From an uncultured bacterium (lineage in GTDB: Bacteria; Oederibacteriota; PGYV01; CAWJRG01): DNA of 64,000 nucleotides. The stretch covers positions 512,001 to 576,000 of the forward strand of contig CAWJRG010000010.1 of the NCBI GenBank assembly GCA_963845185.1, read 5' to 3'. The notes under the pieces are model-generated. The model was not told the origin of the DNA and ran no database searches. It saw nothing but the letters and a program-made list of their open reading frames with translations. Position 1 is the stretch's first letter, and each line of letters begins with the position of its first letter. Of the stretch, positions 59,349-64,000 are shown one piece after another. The position numbers and the translations under genes were made by a program.

Positions 59349-59753
59349 CTATTTTTTTGTTTTATCCGTTGCCTTTTTCTTTTCCTTGGCCTTTACAGGC
59401 GCTTGAGACACAACTGTTTCCTTCGTGAGATCCCCATACTTGTTACAATCCGCGTCTATTGATACTTTATCACCGGGTTTCAAGCCGGGAATGATATACA
59501 TGACTTCCTGCTTATCCGCATTTAGCTGTTCGGTAGCTTCCTGTTTAATAAGCTTTTTCCCGTTCACCGATACCTGTATCAAATAAATAAAATGTTCCTT
59601 TGGGTTCTCAGTGGGATGCTCAATATCCGCCTTTACAATGGACTTCGCCATGTCAAAAGTAATAATAATATCGGTCGGCGGGGTAGCCAGAGCCGAAAAG
59701 CAAAAGACAAATAAAAAAATAACTGCCAGGGCTATCCCTTTTTCCATTTTCAT
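59349..59753 (-). CDS. Secreted protein resembling a superoxide-reductase-like fold
   Basis: Signal peptide; EHP...EHFI...DCNKYG echoes the SOR HPM...HWI...CNKHG motifs. Confidence 0.5.
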   Translation of the reverse strand: MKMEKGIALAVIFLFVFCFSALATPPTDIIITFDMAKSIVKADIEHPTENPKEHFIYLIQVSVNGKKLIKQEATEQLNADKQEVMYIIPGLKPGDKVSIDADCNKYGDLTKETVVSQAPVKAKEKKKATDKTKK

Positions 59754-59770
59754 TTTCTCCTTTTGGGTTT

Positions 59771-60244
59771 TTATTTATCTCTTTTTTTCAGGAATAAAAG
59801 CAGTTCATTAAAATCCGGTACCTGTGACATCGGATATATCTTGATAAAAATTACTTTTCTTTGCTCATCAAGCATTATATTTACCCTTCCTGATATCCCT
59901 GATTTATTTATGAATATGCCCAGTTTTTCCGCAAGCCCGCCATGCGGCCAGAAATCAGCCATCAAATTAAGCTTTGTTATTTTCAATGATTTTGCCCATG
60001 CTGCTTTTGAAGGCGCGCTGTCCACGCTGAATCCAAGCGGTATTGTGTTTAACTTTACAAATTTATTATAATTTTGGTCAAGCGCCTTCATCTGCTTTGC
60101 GCATACTGATGTCCACGCGAGCGGGTGAAAAGAAAGCAGGATTTTTTTGCCTTTGAACTCCGCAGTATTTATCTTGATGCTTTTGTGGCTCTCAAGTATA
60201 AAATCCTTTACTTTATCTCCCGGTCTAACAGGTCTGTTTGCCAT
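59771..60244 (-). CDS. Peroxiredoxin (AhpC/TSA, AhpE-like)
   Basis: FHPLAWTSVC (PxxxTxxC), SVDS, ADFWPHG. Confidence 0.9.
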   Translation of the reverse strand: MANRPVRPGDKVKDFILESHKSIKINTAEFKGKKILLSFHPLAWTSVCAKQMKALDQNYNKFVKLNTIPLGFSVDSAPSKAAWAKSLKITKLNLMADFWPHGGLAEKLGIFINKSGISGRVNIMLDEQRKVIFIKIYPMSQVPDFNELLLFLKKRDK

Positions 60245-60253
60245 AATACCCTC

Positions 60254-61111
60254 CTATGCTTTTTGTTTTATCAGTTCCTTTATTTTATCCATGCTTATTT
60301 GCTTTTCATACAACGGTTCCTTATATTGTTTGTATAAGCGCAGGTTGTCTTCAAAGGTTGTTTTATTTTCATTTATATAAAATATTCCAAACGGCAATTT
60401 TTCATTTTCCAGCGCGCGCTTGAATGCAGCGGCCCTGTCAGTTGGCTTGTATGTGTTTTCTATATAATAAGTATGCTCTTTAAACCATTTGAAGGTGTTT
60501 ATTTTATTGAAAGAAACGCACGGCTGGAAAACATCCACAAGCGCAAATCCTTTATGCCTGACTGCTTCCTTAAATATCTCTTTTGTCTTTTCGATGTCGC
60601 CTGAAAAGGCCCTTGCCACAAATGATGCGTCCATTGCTATTGCAAGCGCGATCGGGTTGAGAGCCGACTCAAAAACCCCGTCAACCTGTATTGGAGTCTG
60701 CATGCCCAGTTGCGAAGTAGGCGATGCCTGGCCTTTTGTCAGGCCGTACACCATGTTGTCGTGCACTATGACGGTTATGTCCGGGTTCCTCCTTATAGCG
60801 TGCAAAAAATGGTTTCCCCCCTCGCCGTACATGTCGCCGTCGCCGCTTTCTACAATTACCGTCAATGCCGGGTTGGCTGCCTTTATGCCTGTGGCTGGAG
60901 GCAAAGACCTGCCGTGAAGCCCGTTAAAAAAACTTACGTCCATATAATGCGGCGCTTTAGCAGCCTGGCCTATGCCTGAAACAAAAACAATATCCTGCTT
61001 TTTTATATTAAGCCCGTTTAAAGTTTCTATCATTGCCTTTCTTATGCCGAAATTTCCGCATCCCGGGCACCAGGTAATTTCCACGTCATCTTTGTTGAAA
61101 TCTTCAGCCAT
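60254..61111 (-). CDS. 2-oxoacid:ferredoxin oxidoreductase beta subunit
   Basis: [34 protein letters not shown]. Confidence 0.95.
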   Translation of the reverse strand: MAEDFNKDDVEITWCPGCGNFGIRKAMIETLNGLNIKKQDIVFVSGIGQAAKAPHYMDVSFFNGLHGRSLPPATGIKAANPALTVIVESGDGDMYGEGGNHFLHAIRRNPDITVIVHDNMVYGLTKGQASPTSQLGMQTPIQVDGVFESALNPIALAIAMDASFVARAFSGDIEKTKEIFKEAVRHKGFALVDVFQPCVSFNKINTFKWFKEHTYYIENTYKPTDRAAAFKRALENEKLPFGIFYINENKTTFEDNLRLYKQYKEPLYEKQISMDKIKELIKQKA

Positions 61112-61159
61112 ATATCGCTCCTTAAATTTCGTTTACTTCGCCAAGCCGTCATTATGGCA

Positions 61160-61223
61160 GTCAAATAGTCCTGTGGACTATTTGACGGGTAGTCTCCATA
61201 AGTTATCATAATAAAAGCTACCC
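61160..61223. repeat. Double-hairpin repeat element, copy 3
   Basis: GTCAAATAGTCC-TGT-GGACTATTTGAC followed by GGGTAG...CTACCC. Confidence 0.85.
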
Positions 61224-61315
61224 AACAAAGTATTATGAAATCTTGTACCCACTCAAGTCCCGAGCTTGCGAGGGACAAGCGGTACTGTTATTATGTATTT
61301 TATCTTTTTTCAATC

Positions 61316-63022
61316 CTAAAATCCAAATTCCAAAATTTTCTTTGTTATTTCTTCCACTGAGAACGGCATGCCGTTGTATTTCAATATCCTGTTCTTTATT
61401 TCAATGCCTGTGCTGAGTTTGATAAGCTGACCGAACTGGCAGGTGGCATTATTCTCGATGATAATGGTATTTTTTGCCTTACTGATATACGCTGCCGTAC
61501 TTTCATGCAAAGGATAAACCTGGGAAAAATGTAAAAAAGTAATTTGTTTGTTGCCAATTTTTTCAAGAGCTTCCTTTATTATATTATATGTGGATCCCCA
61601 ACCTACCACCAGGGTTTCATAATCACGACTGCCTATAAGCTCGGGTTCGATTATTTCCTTTTTTATTTCACCAAGCTTCTTTAACCTTTTCTCAACCATT
61701 TTGACCCTTACATTATCCATGTCTTCGGTTATATAGCCGTCCTCGGTATGCTCGTCGCTGTCCGCATGTACCCTGCCTGTTCCGAAGCCCGGAATCCCGC
61801 GCGGTGATATGCCGTTTTCCGTAAATTTATACCTCTGGTAATCTTCCTTTGTTTCCACTATAAACCTTTCTATTTTTAAGCCGTCAACTTTGAATTCAGG
61901 GGTATTATAATACGTGTCAGCCAGATATTGATCGCTTAAAATAATCACAGGGCTCTGGAATTTATCAGCCATATTAAAAGCTTTTTGTGACATGTAAAAC
62001 GCCTGTTCTGTATTTCCCGGAGCCAAAATAATCCTGGGGAATTCGCCATGCCCGGAATAAAGCGCGAAATTCAAATCCCCCTGTTCAGTCCTGGTGGGCA
62101 GCCCTGTCGCCGGCCCCGGCCTCTGCGCCAGGTAAACCACAATTGGCAGCTCAAGCATGCCTGCCAGGCTCAAGCCCTCGACCATTAAGGCAAACCCGCC
62201 GCCTGATGTCGTAACAAGCGCCCTTGCGCCGGCGTACCATGCTCCAAGCGCCATGTTTATCACGCCTATTTCATCCTCGACCTGCTCTACAACTATATCA
62301 AGATTTTTTGAGTACGCCGCCATAGCTGTAAAAACGCCTGTCGAAGGCGTCATGGGGTAAGCGCACGTGAAATCGCATCCGCCCGCGATTGCCCCGAGCG
62401 CAGCGGCGTCCGAGCCGCTCATCATTATTTCATTTTTAGCAACCGGATCCTTATCTATTATTATGCTGATTATTTTATTCTTAATTAATTCCCCGCCTAT
62501 GTTATAACCTATGCCTGCGGCTTCAATATTTTTATCAGAAATTTCCTGCCCCTTTTTGTGAAAATAACCTAAAATAAAATCAGCCATTGCTTTTTTATCA
62601 ACCTGCAGCAAGCCGCATATTGCGCCTGTAGCTATGGTACTAGAATAAATGGCATTGCCTATGTCTGAGGCAAGTTTCTGGAAAGGTATATTTAGAACAC
62701 GGCTGTCTTTCAGCAGGTCTTTTTCACCCAGTATGACCGTATCTTTTGTTATCCTGTTTTGAAGGTGAGGTATCGAGTCTTTGTCGAGCGGCACCAGTAT
62801 ATTTATCCTGTCCACATAAGCAGAGGCTTTTTTTGACGAAACCCTGATTTCCGTAGAGTTAGTGCCACCCCTTATGCGCGACATGTATTCCTTTGTAGCA
62901 AAAACATTATAGCCGTCTTTTTTCAGGATATTTACAAGCAGGTTTTCTATGGACTGTATCCCCTGCCCTGCTTCGCCAGCCAGCACTATGGATACTTCAT
63001 TTTTAAATTCAATAGTTGACAT
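61316..63022 (-). CDS. 2-oxoacid:acceptor oxidoreductase alpha subunit (gamma-alpha fusion)
   Basis: [42 protein letters not shown]. Confidence 0.95.
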   Translation of the reverse strand: MSTIEFKNEVSIVLAGEAGQGIQSIENLLVNILKKDGYNVFATKEYMSRIRGGTNSTEIRVSSKKASAYVDRINILVPLDKDSIPHLQNRITKDTVILGEKDLLKDSRVLNIPFQKLASDIGNAIYSSTIATGAICGLLQVDKKAMADFILGYFHKKGQEISDKNIEAAGIGYNIGGELIKNKIISIIIDKDPVAKNEIMMSGSDAAALGAIAGGCDFTCAYPMTPSTGVFTAMAAYSKNLDIVVEQVEDEIGVINMALGAWYAGARALVTTSGGGFALMVEGLSLAGMLELPIVVYLAQRPGPATGLPTRTEQGDLNFALYSGHGEFPRIILAPGNTEQAFYMSQKAFNMADKFQSPVIILSDQYLADTYYNTPEFKVDGLKIERFIVETKEDYQRYKFTENGISPRGIPGFGTGRVHADSDEHTEDGYITEDMDNVRVKMVEKRLKKLGEIKKEIIEPELIGSRDYETLVVGWGSTYNIIKEALEKIGNKQITFLHFSQVYPLHESTAAYISKAKNTIIIENNATCQFGQLIKLSTGIEIKNRILKYNGMPFSVEEITKKILEFGF

Positions 63023-63046
63023 TTAAACCCCTGATTGTTTATAAAT

Positions 63047-63074
63047 GTAGAGACACGCCATGGCGTGTCTCTAC
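63047..63074. repeat. GTAG-type REP palindrome (empty IS1182 target)
   Basis: GTAGAGACACGCCATGGCGTGTCTCTAC. Confidence 0.92.
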
Positions 63075-63084
63075 ATTAGTGCAA

Positions 63085-63663
63085 TTAATAATTTTCCTCT
63101 TTTATCTCGTAATAAGCAGTCGGGTGCAGGCATGCAGGACACTTTTCCGGCGCCTCTTTTCCCTCGTGAACGTAACCGCAATTCCTGCATTTCCACCTGA
63201 CCACTTTATCCTTTTTAAAAGCAAGGCCTTTTTCAATATTTTCCAGAAGTTTCCTGTAACGCATTTCATGCTGTATTTCAACTTTTGCAATATACCTGTA
63301 ACAGGCCGCGATTTCCTTGAAACCTTCTTTTTCAGCTATATCAGCTGCGTCCGGATAAAGCTTTGTGTGCTCCATCCTTTCGCCGTCAGCGGCTTCCTTC
63401 AAATTTTGTGCCGTAGTCCCGATTATACCGGCAGGAAAACTTGCGGTTATTTCCACTTCCCCGCCTTCCAAAAATTTAAAAAACCTCTTGCCGTGCTCTT
63501 TTTCATTCTCTGCGGTTTCAAGGAAAAACCCTGCTATTTGTTCATACCCTTCCTTTTTTGCAGCTGATGCGAAAAACGTGTACCTGTTCCTTGCCTGAGA
63601 CTCGCCTGCAAAAGCCGCGAGCAGATTTTTTTCTGTCTGTGTGCCTTTAATGCTTGCCATCAT
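63085..63663 (-). CDS. rbr: Rubrerythrin
   Basis: AFAGESQARNRY, ENEKEH, EIQH, WKCRNCGY...CPACLHP. Confidence 0.96.
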   Translation of the reverse strand: MMASIKGTQTEKNLLAAFAGESQARNRYTFFASAAKKEGYEQIAGFFLETAENEKEHGKRFFKFLEGGEVEITASFPAGIIGTTAQNLKEAADGERMEHTKLYPDAADIAEKEGFKEIAACYRYIAKVEIQHEMRYRKLLENIEKGLAFKKDKVVRWKCRNCGYVHEGKEAPEKCPACLHPTAYYEIKEENY

Positions 63664-63671
63664 TACCTCCG

Positions 63672-63749
63672 GTTTAATGTTTTGTGTTTAAAGTTTAATG
63701 TAGCGTCTTGTGTTCAACCTTGAACATTAAACTTTCAACTTTAAACAGT
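63672..63749. repeat. Palindromic heptamer-period repeat
   Basis: GTTTAAT/GTTTTGT/GTTTAAA/GTTTAAT left arm; CCTTGAA/CATTAAA/CTTTCAA/CTTTAAA right arm. Confidence 0.7.
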
Positions 63750-63751
63750 TT

Positions 63752-64000
63752 TTATTTCGTCCACAGTCCGTGCTTATTGCATAACTCCCTTGCCTGCGCA
63801 ACATTCCCGATGGCAACGTTAAAAATTGCCTCTGGTTTATTACCTGGGCTAAGGTCTTTTCTCAAAACATATCCGTCTTTTGTTATAACCTCGATAAATT
63901 GAATCCAGTGGTCAGTTTCCATAGGATGCGGCACTGCCCCTATTTTTACAATCACGCCGCTGCCTGATGCTTCAACAACAGGCAAATGCTTTTCTCCCGC
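63752..64000 (-). CDS. Desulfoferrodoxin / superoxide reductase (5' part outside the window)
   Basis: EKHLP, HPMETDHWIQFIE, CNKHGLW. Confidence 0.93.
   Translation of the reverse strand, partial: AGEKHLPVVEASGSGVIVKIGAVPHPMETDHWIQFIEVITKDGYVLRKDLSPGNKPEAIFNVAIGNVAQARELCNKHGLWTK

Noticed and set aside
1..64000. CRISPR array or cas genes
   Set aside because: The 28-bp palindromes are dispersed singly, not regularly spaced with unique spacers; no cas-like ORFs were seen.

Overview
Bacterial chromosomal segment, AT-rich, almost entirely coded on the minus strand. It comes from a probable anaerobic diderm: it encodes OM beta-barrels, ExbBD-TonB, rubrerythrin, superoxide reductase and a 2-oxoacid:ferredoxin oxidoreductase. 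It also encodes secreted Thr/Pro-linker proteins, one ending in a YPNP/FlgD-type tail, reminiscent of Ca. Goldbacteria-like lineages (an impression, not verified). Contents in order: surface proteins, GH29, queC, comF, a dTDP-rhamnose operon (rfbD frameshifted), an S1/P1 nuclease, rnhB/yraN/rsfS, an envelope cluster (tRNA-Gly, LysM protein, 996-aa TPR protein, OM barrel, ExbB, ExbD, TonB-like), patatin, an ExeA ATPase, a cytoplasmic TPR protein, an ABC transporter, rmuC, rubredoxin, a GH5-like hydrolase, an IS3-like element inside an AT-rich gene, an AbiE type IV TA pair (toxin frameshifted), pentose-phosphate genes and an oxygen-detox cluster. The most notable non-genic structure is a dense, partly nested set of intergenic palindrome families. 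Two near-identical IS1182 copies each sit exactly at the centre of a GTAG-REP palindrome. A covarying double-hairpin element occurs three times, once inside another repeat. There are also two candidate structured RNAs. All calls come from reading motifs; no database search was run.
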